Source of the DNA: a virus
Length of the DNA: 42,107 bases
Reading direction: 5' to 3' (one strand)
IMG/VR virus record: IMGVR_UViG_3300002460_000068
Part shown: one piece after another, positions 16,923-26,909 of the stretch
Position numbering within the stretch: position 1 is the stretch's first letter
Layout of the letters: each line of letters starts with the position of its first letter
Program-made: the position numbers and the translations under genes
Notes under the pieces: generated by a model
The model's database searches: none
What the model saw: the letters and a program-made list of their open reading frames with translations, nothing else
What the model was told of the DNA's origin: nothing

Positions 16923-18266
16923 TTAGATACTAATTGGATTATCAGCATAAGTTTTCATCAAAACAAAATTGACCGCCGATCCAGCGCTATCCTTAATCGT
17001 TTGCTGGCCATAAACCGCGGCAACACCTAACCCATTTTCAAAATAAGAACCATCAGGGAATCTATAATCTTTCCCTTCCGTGATAGGAGTAGGTTTCATC
17101 CCCCAACCACGAACAGCGATCTCAGCGCCAAACCCTATTACCGTCGCTACGTTACGCTGCGTTATCAATGCCCCCGCGGTATGAGCGGCGGCAGTTGTCC
17201 CGTTTGCCCCCCTGGTCAAACCAGCAAAACGATAAGTAGAGCCAGTTACCCCACCAGCAGTAATGCTGGTGTACACGATTTCTTCACTGTCAATCGTGAT
17301 TGTTCCAGTTGAAGAAAAGAAATCACCTAAATCCTGCTTCGTTGTAGAACTATCAAAATCGATAGTCGTCGAACTAGATGTAACCGTCGTCAACAATCTG
17401 GCTTCAGGTCTTAACGGTGTTCCTAAAATGTTATTCGCGGACTTTTTAGCCTTCATACTATAAATAATCACGCCGTTATACATTCCAAGTGCACCGGTAA
17501 AAATACGGTTTTTCATATAATCCCTAGGGCCAGCGTCTCTTTGAGACTGTTGCCAAACCGCATCACCTTTTAAATGATACTCGTCAATTTCAGAAATTAC
17601 ACAACCATAAAATTCTTCTTCTTGTCCGTTCGGGCCTTCTGAACGGATAGGAATGGCTGTCCTTTGAAGAGCTAACTTAATACGATCAATCTCTTCAGTC
17701 CCAAAATGACTGTTTGTTCCCAATGACGCTAAAGTTGTCGCGCTCCCAGCGTACATCGTGTTAGAAGAATCAGCTAACAATTCTTTGGTCAAGTCAGTAT
17801 CAATTTTTCTTTTCAACCAATCAGACAATTTACTTCGGATTGTTTGAGCGATACTAAAATTAAGCTTTTTCTCAACAACCTTTGTATACGCAATTGCGTT
17901 ACGAATCCACTCAACCGTTAAAGTATATTGACCTAAAGCTAACTGATCTTCATTCCCTGTTAATTCATTTTCACCAACTACACCAGCAGAAAAAACATCA
18001 GAAACGGTATTGAACTTAATTGTGTCTCCTGGTTTTTTAGTGAAATCTTCATTAACGATAATCGGCTTTCCAGACCCTTCTTTTCCTTCAAATGTACTAC
18101 CCCAAAAAGCTCGATTGATTGCGTCATCACGCAACCGATCTGCCCAGTGCGTGGGAATAGCATTTTGTAATACTCCAGCCCCTGAATCATAACCCATATT
18201 ATTCAAGGTTTCTGCCCCTCTTTCATTCCTTAAAGAATAGAAGAGGAATTTTAAAAAATTAAACAT
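16923..18266 (-). CDS. Major capsid protein (N4-gp56-like/HK97-fold family)
   Basis: 447 aa downstream of the scaffold-like gene. The N-terminal pattern W..RL.D.A....F....F.G......PI.V..DFTKKPGDTI.F......G..GEN.L.GNE..L resembles the N4-gp56 capsid family. The true start may be internal. Confidence 0.75.
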   Translation of the reverse strand: MFNFLKFLFYSLRNERGAETLNNMGYDSGAGVLQNAIPTHWADRLRDDAINRAFWGSTFEGKEGSGKPIIVNEDFTKKPGDTIKFNTVSDVFSAGVVGENELTGNEDQLALGQYTLTVEWIRNAIAYTKVVEKKLNFSIAQTIRSKLSDWLKRKIDTDLTKELLADSSNTMYAGSATTLASLGTNSHFGTEEIDRIKLALQRTAIPIRSEGPNGQEEEFYGCVISEIDEYHLKGDAVWQQSQRDAGPRDYMKNRIFTGALGMYNGVIIYSMKAKKSANNILGTPLRPEARLLTTVTSSSTTIDFDSSTTKQDLGDFFSSTGTITIDSEEIVYTSITAGGVTGSTYRFAGLTRGANGTTAAAHTAGALITQRNVATVIGFGAEIAVRGWGMKPTPITEGKDYRFPDGSYFENGLGVAAVYGQQTIKDSAGSAVNFVLMKTYADNPISI

Positions 18267-18268
18267 AT

Positions 18269-19021
18269 TTATCCTCCTGTTTGTGCTAAATCGTGAGCAT
18301 CTTTTTCATCTGAAGATAATTTTGAGTATTCTTCATACGTCAAATTTTTCTTTACTCCAGACGCTTTAGAACCTTTTCCCTGAATAGCAGCTAACTTCCC
18401 TTTATCTGAATTCTGCTGTTTAGCTTGTTTCGACAATAAAGCGTAAGCCTCTGCTACCGCAAGATACTCTCCATCAGTATTCGTCCATTTATGAAGAGTT
18501 CCATCGGGATTTAACTGAACGTATTTATTGGCAAATATCACATTAGCAACTTTGTATAAAGGACTAGAAGGGTTTATCTTCCCGCCTTTAACAAAATCGA
18601 ATTCATCCCCAAATTCTTCCATTGATTTATTTCTTGAAGCAGTAGTCTCGGAAACGTATTTAGCGGATTCTTCTTGTCTTTTATTTTGTTCGCCAAAAAC
18701 TTCCATTGCCTGTTTTCTGGAATAACCACTGAACGCTTTAACAAATTCAGGATCATACCCTTTTAACGTTTCCTCAAAATCATCTTCTTTTTTAGGCGTT
18801 GGCGTTGAAAGGGATTTTGGTTTCCATGTTTTTGTATTGTGGTCGTATTCCGCGAATTCATGCAGCTTGCCTACCAATGGTGTTATTTGTCCTTGACTGT
18901 CCATATAACGCTTTTTATATGGATTATCATCCTGCTCCCAATCAACCGTTGGTTGAACGGATTCTGGGGTTGTTTCAACGATTACTGGTTCTGTTTCAAC
19001 TGTGATAGGCTGTTCAGCCAT
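18269..19021 (-). CDS. Scaffolding-like protein
   Basis: 250 aa, acidic/helical and low-complexity, directly upstream of the capsid gene. RBS AAGGAG. Confidence 0.5.
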   Translation of the reverse strand: MAEQPITVETEPVIVETTPESVQPTVDWEQDDNPYKKRYMDSQGQITPLVGKLHEFAEYDHNTKTWKPKSLSTPTPKKEDDFEETLKGYDPEFVKAFSGYSRKQAMEVFGEQNKRQEESAKYVSETTASRNKSMEEFGDEFDFVKGGKINPSSPLYKVANVIFANKYVQLNPDGTLHKWTNTDGEYLAVAEAYALLSKQAKQQNSDKGKLAAIQGKGSKASGVKKNLTYEEYSKLSSDEKDAHDLAQTGG

Positions 19022-19066
19022 GATTCACTCCTTGTTTGCGATTCTCAAATGAGGTTATCGCGGGTT

Positions 19067-19111
19067 AAAAAAAAACGGCGAGCCAACAGGTTTTATCCTG
19101 TCAACTCGCCG
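19067..19111 (-). terminator. Rho-independent terminator (minus strand)
   Basis: Stem cggcgag (19076-19082) pairs with ctcgccg (19105-19111), with inner pairing acagg/cctgt. On the minus strand it is followed by T9 (plus-strand A-run 19067-19075). Confidence 0.7.
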
Positions 19112-19221
19112 TCGCTTAAAGCGGTGGTGCGCTAAACTAAATTATTTTTTTACATTTTAAAACATATAAATCCCATAACTGATCTCTATGTTTTTTAATT
19201 TTTTGATATGAAGAAATTTTT

Positions 19222-19746
19222 TTAAAAGATTTCATTCGGCCCACGCCTCAGTTTTCCTTCCATGCTTTCCAGTAACCAATAAAATCTAGAAAACTTTTTT
19301 CTAAATTCTTCAGGATTTGTTTCATCATTAACGAAATCACTTATTGCTGTTTCCATTTCAAGATAATTCATTCTTTCCGCTTGAACACTTGCTGTTAAAT
19401 TTTTAATCTCCCTGTCTTTGCTTTCAATGATTAAAAGAAGATGGAGCAAATATCTCCCAATGTTAATTTTGTCCTTTTTTGCTTCTACGCTATATCCAAC
19501 TCCTAATTTATACCCAAAATCATGCTTTTCAGAAATCGTTTCAAGGTTTTCAATTACTCTTCCCATAGAATACAAGCGGAATTTAAACCATTGATTTAAT
19601 TTTTTCTCAACCAATTTGATATTTTCTAAATTTAATTTATTCTCATCACCCAACGTAATAGCAATGGCTTGCCTAATGTTCTCTATCTCAGGAGAATTTT
19701 TAAATTCTTCAATAAATTTATCTACTTCTGTCTTTATATCTTTCAT
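19222..19746 (-). CDS. Hypothetical helical protein (insulated by its own terminator)
   Basis: 174-aa ORF with no recognisable motif, followed by the terminator at 19067-19111. Confidence 0.5.
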   Translation of the reverse strand: MKDIKTEVDKFIEEFKNSPEIENIRQAIAITLGDENKLNLENIKLVEKKLNQWFKFRLYSMGRVIENLETISEKHDFGYKLGVGYSVEAKKDKINIGRYLLHLLLIIESKDREIKNLTASVQAERMNYLEMETAISDFVNDETNPEEFRKKFSRFYWLLESMEGKLRRGPNEIF

Positions 19747-19877
19747 TCTACCTCATCTGTAACCCCACGCTTTACCTTCTTAGAAATATCGCCTTTATGC
19801 ACATCAATGCTAATCCTTCCAGTAAATTTCTTAATCAATAGGTCAGCGAGATATTGGATAAATTTTTCTAAGGTCAT
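19743..19877 (-). CDS. Small protein (44 aa), YezD/DUF2292-like
   Basis: Not in the ORF track. MTLEKFIQYLADLLIKKFTGRISIDVHKGDISKKVKRGVTDEVE contains the G.i.i.vh.G.i motif reminiscent of DUF2292. ATGA overlap with 19222..19746. Confidence 0.35.
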   Translation of the reverse strand: MTLEKFIQYLADLLIKKFTGRISIDVHKGDISKKVKRGVTDEVE

Positions 19878-19887
19878 TCGATCACGC

Positions 19888-20223
19888 TCAATCTTCGTTT
19901 TTTTCCATTACATCCGCTTCGTCTTCTTTATCCTTATCTTCAGAAGTCATTTTGTCATACTCGTCTTTTGACGATTCCCCTTTCCCTGAATACCCCATCT
20001 TACGGATTTCTATCGTCATCTCTTTACCAGAATCATTCTCGCTTTTTGAAACAATTTTCCCCATAATTTCAAGACGACACATGTCTCCAACATTTTTTTT
20101 ATTCAACTCTTCAAGGATATTATGACTTAAATGTATGGATGGGTACATCATTTTATCTTTCTTCCCCGATGGTGCGATTGTCTCATCATAATTTTCCACC
20201 TTATGCCCCATATCAATCATCAT
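19888..20223 (-). CDS. Hypothetical head-module protein
   Basis: 111 aa with an acidic C-terminus, lying between the portal and scaffold genes. Confidence 0.45.
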   Translation of the reverse strand: MMIDMGHKVENYDETIAPSGKKDKMMYPSIHLSHNILEELNKKNVGDMCRLEIMGKIVSKSENDSGKEMTIEIRKMGYSGKGESSKDEYDKMTSEDKDKEDEADVMEKNED

Positions 20224-20501
20224 AATTTTTCTCCCAATTTTGCATTCCCTTCTAACTGTTTTGGAATTTTTTTAACTTCTTTATAAATTTGCAATCCAAG
20301 TTGTAAACGTTTTAAATCTTCTCCAGTCAAATCCAAACCATTCTCTATTTTACTACGAAATGCTTCTATCTTTTTTTCTAAAATTTCTTCATAAATTTTC
20401 CATCCTGGACTTTTAGAAATTTCTAACCAGGAACTAAATTTTTCTTTTGCTTCCGCTGCCGCCTCAACCCTTTTTTTATTCCATTCAAGCCCCCACAGCA
20501 A
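20220..20501 (-). CDS. Hypothetical head-module protein
   Basis: 93 aa, helical, overlapping the portal gene 3' end. Confidence 0.45.
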   Translation of the reverse strand: MLWGLEWNKKRVEAAAEAKEKFSSWLEISKSPGWKIYEEILEKKIEAFRSKIENGLDLTGEDLKRLQLGLQIYKEVKKIPKQLEGNAKLGEKL

Positions 20502-22377
20502 CGCCGCTTCCCGCCTTTCCTTGAAGTTTAGCCATTTCTAACTGCGTTTGAACTTGTTGCGCCTGCGCCTGCGCCGCCTGCACCGCTTGTTTGTTTTGCA
20601 TTATTTGCTCTTCAGTGTTTAACCTGATATTCCTTACATCAATGGCACTCATCAAATTATTAGATACATCCAACATCGTCAATTCACTAATCGCTGGATT
20701 TTTACCAAAAGAATCAACAACTGTTCTATACGCGAGAATTGCCCGCTCCTGCTCTAACTGACGATTGATATTGATTGAATTCCCAACAGATTCAAAATCA
20801 AAATTTCCTGCCCACGAAGCTTTATTTATCGATTTAAACGGATTTTCTTTTTGTTCCGTCAACTGAAAGATAAAATCATCTTCAAGATTTTCAGAATTAA
20901 GGTCAACAATAAACTCATATAAATCTTCATTCACATCCTGTAACGCGCGAATCATATCGTCAAATTTTATGTTCCCTTCCCCAACAACCGTTGCAATGCC
21001 TGACGCGGTTCGATTGGAAGCAAGGCCGCCAGTATCACTCACAGCATAATCCATAACTCCAAAAAGTTTCTGAACCATCCCTAAAAGAAAATTCATTTTA
21101 GCGAATTCAATCTGTTCCGATTTTGGAAGTTCAAGAACTTTATACCCATTCGGATTTTCGGTTTTCCATTTTATCCCAGGCCCAAAAGGATTAAGTTCTT
21201 CTTCGTGATCTGGAGGCGTTAAAATCGGAGGGTTATTGGTAATTGAACCTCTATCTATCATCTGGTTAAAAACGGCGTCAATCATATCCCTCATCCCAAT
21301 TAAAAATTCAGGGACACCTTTTCCATAAGGACTCCCTTCCATGGGAATAATTTGATAATGAAAAAACGGACGAACAGAGAATGAACTCAACATCCATCCA
21401 AGTAAAATTTTATGTTTTGGACAAACAAAGGCAACTATTTCTTCATCTTTATCATCTTTGTCAATGTCGTATTTTCCATACCATTCATAAATTTTAATCG
21501 GTTCACGCATGGCTTTATTATGATCAGAGGCTTTAGCAATCATATATTCATGAATTTTATCCACATTTTTAAATTTTCCATCTTGAATATCCCCTTTTCT
21601 CCTCACCAACCAATCAAAAGTTTTTTCGTAAACATCGCAAATCCAAGGCCATTCTTCAATCTCTGGACTATCCGCGTCCTTAGGAATAACAATTTCTTTA
21701 ATTGTCCGGCCATAAATCATCGGCCCTTCATAAACGGTTTTTTCTTGCTGCTCTTCATCAATAACCATTTCAGGCATTATTCCTAATTCGTCTAATGGTT
21801 CTGGCTGATAATCCGATTTAACTTCAATCGGTTTTCCAGTAGAAGGATCAGGAATCAGCTGATTTGTCCTCGGGTCTTTTAAATAACGAGTTATCCGGTT
21901 AAACGGTCTTGTCCTTTTTTCCCAAACACATTTAGCATATCCGTCCCCTTCAATAACAACTGTCTTAAAAATAAGTTTCATTCTTCGATAAATTTTCATC
22001 ATTCTGGTCAACTGATAGTTCATCGCTTCTTGAACAATCGGGGCTTTAGGAATATCACTTGGCCCTTTTCCCGTTATCCAAACTATCGGCTTTGAACCAT
22101 AACAAACTTTTAGAAATCTAGGAAGCAATCCTTCAATCGTAAAAGCGTCAATAGGTATTCCAACATCAGAACACCCGCGCCATGGTTCATTTTTAGGATT
22201 TTTCTTAGGGTTATCACCCCACCCCAACAAACCGGAAATAGAACGTTTCGCTTCATAACGTTTAGAATATTCTTTAACTTCAGAAATTCGTCCTTGTTGA
22301 TGAGCAATCGATTCATCTACTTCGCGAATAATGAAATCTCTTAAATTGTCTTCCATATCTTGTTTAGACTTTTCCAT
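20485..22377 (-). CDS. Portal protein
   Basis: 630 aa, shortly downstream of the large terminase, with a Q/A-rich helical C-terminus. Size and position are typical of podovirus portals. Called mainly from synteny. Confidence 0.65.
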   Translation of the reverse strand: MEKSKQDMEDNLRDFIIREVDESIAHQQGRISEVKEYSKRYEAKRSISGLLGWGDNPKKNPKNEPWRGCSDVGIPIDAFTIEGLLPRFLKVCYGSKPIVWITGKGPSDIPKAPIVQEAMNYQLTRMMKIYRRMKLIFKTVVIEGDGYAKCVWEKRTRPFNRITRYLKDPRTNQLIPDPSTGKPIEVKSDYQPEPLDELGIMPEMVIDEEQQEKTVYEGPMIYGRTIKEIVIPKDADSPEIEEWPWICDVYEKTFDWLVRRKGDIQDGKFKNVDKIHEYMIAKASDHNKAMREPIKIYEWYGKYDIDKDDKDEEIVAFVCPKHKILLGWMLSSFSVRPFFHYQIIPMEGSPYGKGVPEFLIGMRDMIDAVFNQMIDRGSITNNPPILTPPDHEEELNPFGPGIKWKTENPNGYKVLELPKSEQIEFAKMNFLLGMVQKLFGVMDYAVSDTGGLASNRTASGIATVVGEGNIKFDDMIRALQDVNEDLYEFIVDLNSENLEDDFIFQLTEQKENPFKSINKASWAGNFDFESVGNSININRQLEQERAILAYRTVVDSFGKNPAISELTMLDVSNNLMSAIDVRNIRLNTEEQIMQNKQAVQAAQAQAQQVQTQLEMAKLQGKAGSGVAVGA

Positions 22378-22385
22378 ATTTTTTC

Positions 22386-22685
22386 TTATTTTCTTTTTCT
22401 AAATCCATTCCTAACAAAATTCATCACCCCGCCAGAGAATGGAATAACTTTATTTTCTTCTTTTTTCTGCGGCTTCGGATTTTTTACAATATCCTTACAC
22501 CATTCTAAAATCCCAAGAGAACGAATAGGGTCTTGCCACCATTGCGCCGGAGCCTCAATTATCAACTGTCCTTTTTTAATCCATATTTCTGCTATCTTGA
22601 AATCAGAAGGCTCTTTTGGGTAATCTGGAATTTTTCCGTTATCAGGCTGAATTGGCGACTGTTCTGTTTTTTCTTCTTCAGACAT
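22386..22685 (-). CDS. Hypothetical protein
   Basis: 99-aa ORF between the terminase and the portal. Confidence 0.45.
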   Translation of the reverse strand: MSEEEKTEQSPIQPDNGKIPDYPKEPSDFKIAEIWIKKGQLIIEAPAQWWQDPIRSLGILEWCKDIVKNPKPQKKEENKVIPFSGGVMNFVRNGFRKRK

Positions 22686-22857
22686 CTTTCTCCTTTAAAA
22701 TTACTTCCAATTCATAACAAACATCTTTTAATAAAGGCTTAGATAACGAAAATTGCACAAAATTAAATTCACCTGCTTCAAAAATTTTTACTTTGTTTAT
22801 AAGCATATCGCTTAAAGGTATGAACTCTGCTTTAACTGTAACTTTAGACATTATCAT
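22678..22857 (-). CDS. Hypothetical small protein (59 aa)
   Basis: Not in the ORF track. MIMSKVTVKAEFIPLSDML...; its stop overlaps the start of 22386..22685. Confidence 0.35.
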   Translation of the reverse strand: MIMSKVTVKAEFIPLSDMLINKVKIFEAGEFNFVQFSLSKPLLKDVCYELEVILKEKDV

Positions 22858-22942
22858 CTAAATTATTTTTAAAATAAAAATTAAAATACATATAATTATT
22901 ATAATTTCGATAAAACTTAATGAACATTCATTCCCATATTTT

Positions 22943-24637
22943 TCAGTACCCAGATAACCCCCTGAATCTTTGAACTTGTCTTTGAGGCACGAATTTTTCT
23001 TTATACGGCTGTTCAACTCTTACCTGTCCCGCAATCGCCCGCGCTAAAACCAAATCATCACACTTGCTCTTTTCCGCTTCCGGTTGACCTCTCTGCGCAT
23101 TGTTAATAAATGTCCAGCATTGCCCTATCAAATCGCTGTCTAACAATTCCGTTGACTCTTCCGCTATCTCTTCAGCAAACTGCATCAACATCTGGGGGCG
23201 AGTTAGACGATTCGTATTCCATCCAAGTTCCATCGTTTGTTCTTTAACTCCCGTTTTTGTTTTTAACTTCCGATAAATTTTCCCGTAAGTTTTATACAAA
23301 TCCTGATTCACGGCGTATCCATATCCTTTATTTTCACAAACTACAATCGCCTCATTGTAATAATGTCCCAATAATTTTAAATCCAAAGCGAACCTGTCGG
23401 GCGGGATGTTATGGTTATACACGCACGCCGTCTTATTCGTTCGTTTATTTATCACTATCGCCGCTGATTTATCGCCATGCTCTAACCCTTCCGCGGGATC
23501 GCCGGCGACAATATACTGTTCATTTTTTTTAGACAATTCATATATTTTAAATAATCCCAACGGATTTTCTCTTAACACATAACGAAACTCTTCTTTTACA
23601 ATCCCAGCGACCTTTAAACAATTCTTAACTTCCTGCCTCTTTAAAGCGTCTCTATCAAAAAATAAGTTACCCGTCGCCACAAAAGCGTCCTGCCAGCACG
23701 CCGGATTATCTTCGTTAAACTTATTCAAATTGCCGGAACAGTTATTGACAATATCCCATCTCCGCCAATTTATCTGTTCATCCGTTAAGTTATACTCTTT
23801 TTTTAATTGCGCTTCACTCTTTAAAAAATTGTCCTTTTCCATCGGCGTTACGAACCTGATGTTTTCAATCGGATAGAACAACCCTTCCTCTAACATTAAA
23901 ATATTTTCTGGAATTTCCCACCACGCGTAAAATAATGGAATCCAATCTGAATTCCCATTGATCGCTTTAATCCAATAATCATAAAACTCTTCATACCCAT
24001 TAGCTGTCGTCTCTAAAAATATCATCGTCCCTCCAGCGAACGGAACAGCATGTCCCAATCCCGACATGATTTCTTCTAAAGATTTCACCCAGCGGCTTAC
24101 TTCCGTCCCATGCACGAACTGGAATGTGAACTTACGGCCAACATTTTGATTGTCCGCCGTATCTATCAAAATTTGAGAATTTAAACCAGAAAATTCTAGT
24201 TTTTTCTCGTTACTGTGTTTGATTTCTGGTTTTAAATGTTCATCTAAATATTCTTGAAATAATTTTTGCATTTCAAAAATATAATTTGACCCGTCTAAAT
24301 CATCCGACACCACACAGGCATTAACCCCTTTCATCCTCGAAGTAAACGCATAAATAATCGCTTCTATCACCGTGGAAATCCCAGCCTGTCGGGCTTTAAG
24401 GATCAGTACTCTCACCGGCTTTCCACTATAAAAAACTTTCTTAACCAATTCTATAAATCGACGCTGAATCGAATTAGGAAAAAATATTTTTAACCCTTCG
24501 TTCTTCGTCTTTATCGTCAAGAATCCATGCTCTAACAAAAGAAATGGGTCTTTCCCCGTAAGCCTGAGTTCTTCCCTCTTTCTTTCGACACTTCTTTCTT
24601 CCGCCGATAAAACTTTATCTTCCGTCAAAACACTCAA
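22943..24637 (-). CDS. terL: Terminase large subunit
   Basis: 564 aa. Walker A-like LILKARQAGISTV, then FQFVHGTEVSRW (Walker B/coupling region) and a C-terminal nuclease-type acidic region (GDPAEG..DKSA). Overlaps the upstream small gene. Confidence 0.85.
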   Translation of the reverse strand: MSVLTEDKVLSAEERSVERKREELRLTGKDPFLLLEHGFLTIKTKNEGLKIFFPNSIQRRFIELVKKVFYSGKPVRVLILKARQAGISTVIEAIIYAFTSRMKGVNACVVSDDLDGSNYIFEMQKLFQEYLDEHLKPEIKHSNEKKLEFSGLNSQILIDTADNQNVGRKFTFQFVHGTEVSRWVKSLEEIMSGLGHAVPFAGGTMIFLETTANGYEEFYDYWIKAINGNSDWIPLFYAWWEIPENILMLEEGLFYPIENIRFVTPMEKDNFLKSEAQLKKEYNLTDEQINWRRWDIVNNCSGNLNKFNEDNPACWQDAFVATGNLFFDRDALKRQEVKNCLKVAGIVKEEFRYVLRENPLGLFKIYELSKKNEQYIVAGDPAEGLEHGDKSAAIVINKRTNKTACVYNHNIPPDRFALDLKLLGHYYNEAIVVCENKGYGYAVNQDLYKTYGKIYRKLKTKTGVKEQTMELGWNTNRLTRPQMLMQFAEEIAEESTELLDSDLIGQCWTFINNAQRGQPEAEKSKCDDLVLARAIAGQVRVEQPYKEKFVPQRQVQRFRGLSGY

Positions 24638-25038
24638 TTCATTTCTCCCACTGAACTTTTCATTCTATTCAAACGTTCCATCGAAAATTGATGGTCTTCA
24701 AAATTCACGCTTAATTTTTCCGTCGGCAACCCTTCTAACAACTGTTTGGTCTTTACTAAATCACTCAACGAATCTTTACTTTTATTATTTATCTTCGCCG
24801 CTTCTTCAATCGCAATCTGATCGTTCTCAACTCCAGCTTTTAAAAGCTGCGTTATCATCAATTCATTATCTATCCTTAAATTTAAAATATGCTCAATCTT
24901 CTCTTTTAAATTTTTTTTATCAAGAACGCTGACGTCCATCGCGGCGTTTAATATTTCTTTTAAAATACTTTCATCTGGGATATGTACAGCAGGATTGTAC
25001 TGCGGAAGAAATTTATTGCTTTTTGAGGGATCATCCAT
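24634..25038 (-). CDS. Possible terminase small subunit
   Basis: 134 aa, first gene of the late arm, overlapping terL by 4 nt. Called from position only. Confidence 0.3.
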   Translation of the reverse strand: MDDPSKSNKFLPQYNPAVHIPDESILKEILNAAMDVSVLDKKNLKEKIEHILNLRIDNELMITQLLKAGVENDQIAIEEAAKINNKSKDSLSDLVKTKQLLEGLPTEKLSVNFEDHQFSMERLNRMKSSVGEMN

Positions 25039-25048
25039 AAGTTATAAA

Positions 25049-25076
25049 ACTTTACAACTCATAAAAAAATTGTCAA
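25049..25076 (-). promoter_or_regulatory. Candidate late-arm promoter (TTGACA-16-TAAAGT, minus strand)
   Basis: Minus strand reads ttgaca-atttttttatgagttg-taaagt. The -10 ends 10 nt before the ATG at 25038, which would give a nearly leaderless mRNA. Confidence 0.3.
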
Positions 25077-25077
25077 G

Positions 25078-25746
25078 CTAATTTTTATTCCTTTTAAAAA
25101 TAAATTTCATCAAGGGGAAATCACTCTTCATCATTCCCAGCCTTTTATTAATGTCCGTTCCATACAAATCTCCCACTGACCCAACCCCCAGCGTCAACGC
25201 CGAAACAGCATTCACGACATTCCACCCAACATTAAAAGCGTGCCCACCCGCCCCTTTACGGGCCGACCAATAATTGTTTACCACCACCAACGCACTGTAA
25301 TACTGATCGTTATTCCAATGTGAAACGGGTATCAAATTGTTAATCGTATACAAATCAACAAGGTAATGTTTGTCTATCGGATTGTCCGGTAACCCCGACT
25401 CCGTATGCGCTATCTCATGCAATATCACGCACCCAATTATCGCTTTGTAATCTCTTGGATAATAAAATTCGTATACATACTGTAAAAAATACTCAGGAAT
25501 GTAAATTACCCTGTCCTTCGTCTGCGGTATCCCCGCCGGTTTTGTTTCCTTATCTTTTGTTATTTTATACGTGTAATACGCCCTGTATTTTAACGGAACA
25601 TACCACAGCGCTTCCGTCCATATCACCCCGACTTCTTCCTGGTAATCCATAGGTAAAACGTAATACTTTGATGAAAAATTTAAAGAAGCACACCCCCCTG
25701 TCAATAAACTTAAAATTAAAAATCCATACCTTATCTCTTCACACAA
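25078..25746 (-). CDS. Putative lipoprotein zinc metallopeptidase (HExxH)
   Basis: Probable TTG start at 25746, preceded by GAGGAG + 6 nt. The N-terminus MCEEIRYGFLILSLLTGGCAS is lipoprotein-signal-like. ILHEIAHTE carries the HExxH motif. The longer track ORF (to 25908) has a non-protein-like N-terminus. Confidence 0.5.
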   Translation of the reverse strand: MCEEIRYGFLILSLLTGGCASLNFSSKYYVLPMDYQEEVGVIWTEALWYVPLKYRAYYTYKITKDKETKPAGIPQTKDRVIYIPEYFLQYVYEFYYPRDYKAIIGCVILHEIAHTESGLPDNPIDKHYLVDLYTINNLIPVSHWNNDQYYSALVVVNNYWSARKGAGGHAFNVGWNVVNAVSALTLGVGSVGDLYGTDINKRLGMMKSDFPLMKFIFKRNKN

Positions 25747-25904
25747 AATAGTCTCCTCACCCAATCCCTGCGTATCCTGTCCCTCAAAAATTTCGGTAAC
25801 TTTGGCTTCTTCATCTCCACACCCCCTATCCCTCAAAAACCCACAGTGTCGAATTTGGTTTATTAAATAATTGATATAGCAAAAACGACCCTGTGTATCT
25901 CCCC

Positions 25905-26081
25905 TCAAAATCCGTCCTGCTCCTCTTTACTCAAATTCCGCCACTTCTCCCCCCACTCTACCAAATCCCGACCGTACTTATCAACCTGCTTATCTTTATC
26001 CCCGAAATACCAATGCCACCCTTCCACTCTCCCCTCAATCGGCGGATTCCGCTCCCAATATTTTTGTGTTATAAATTTCAT
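25905..26081 (-). CDS. Hypothetical Trp-rich small protein (58 aa)
   Basis: Not in the ORF track. ATG at 26081 after TAAGGA. MKFITQKYWERNPPIEGRVEGWHWYFGDKDKQVDKYGRDLVEWGEKWRNLSKEEQDGF. Confidence 0.4.
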   Translation of the reverse strand: MKFITQKYWERNPPIEGRVEGWHWYFGDKDKQVDKYGRDLVEWGEKWRNLSKEEQDGF

Positions 26082-26385
26082 CCTTACCCATCCCTGATTA
26101 TGTTCATTACTTGAACATTTCTTTCTTTTCTTTAATCACCTTTTTTCTCCTACTCCTGTGTAGTTACTATGGCTTACAACATTTTATGCGTCCGTCGGGC
26201 TCGACGACACGTCGCTGTACTTAACACGCCTCGTCGCTATTATCCACTATCCAAGTAGCTAGTAACAAAAAAAATTGTTAGTCTTTTATAGTCTTTTATA
26301 ATACTCTTATTTTTATACAGTATGCGCGGAGCGTCCCCCTTCCTTCTATATATGCCAATTCATATTTTTCATTATCTTACCCAAT

Positions 26386-26622
26386 TTAACTCCCCCACTC
26401 TTCTATCCCTTTTCTTAAAATTCCAGCTATCCACTCCCCTTCTTCCTTCCTGATCCTTCCTAATTTCTCGAAACGCCACCCTTCTCCTTGCTTTCGTTCA
26501 CGCGAAATATGAAACTTCTTCTCCCCACCATTATATGAAAAAATACCCACCGTCATCCTTGTCTTTTCAAACTCCTTAACCTCTTTGAAAAATTCTATAT
26601 CTAATTTTACGTCATACGCCAT
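26386..26622 (-). CDS. PC4/YdbC-like ssDNA-binding fold protein (tentative)
   Basis: 78 aa. ..VGIFSYNGGEKKFHISRE....GWRFEKLGRIRKEE...I..L resembles the bacterial YdbC/PC4 pattern (vsWNGg.pK.DIR.W......KGi.Lt.EE). RBS GGGGGGTGTGAGGA. Confidence 0.35.
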   Translation of the reverse strand: MAYDVKLDIEFFKEVKEFEKTRMTVGIFSYNGGEKKFHISRERKQGEGWRFEKLGRIRKEEGEWIAGILRKGIEEWGS

Positions 26623-26909
26623 TCCTCACACCCCCCCTTTACCTTCCCTTCACTTTTAACGAAATCGTTCGCCTCAATTGAATTCTACAGAGCAAACTGG
26701 CCTTCCTAGTTCACCATTCTCACCCCATTTTTACACAATCCCTAAAGTTTCATTTCTTAATAGTGGTAAGGTGAGGGGATTAAAAATAATTTTCAAATAT
26801 CCTCGTGCCCCCTCCCCCCCCTCTCTCTGGGATTACTTTTTGTCTACTTAACTCATTGCAACACAACAAGTTACTTTACAATAACTTACTTCATATAATA
26901 GGGGTTATG

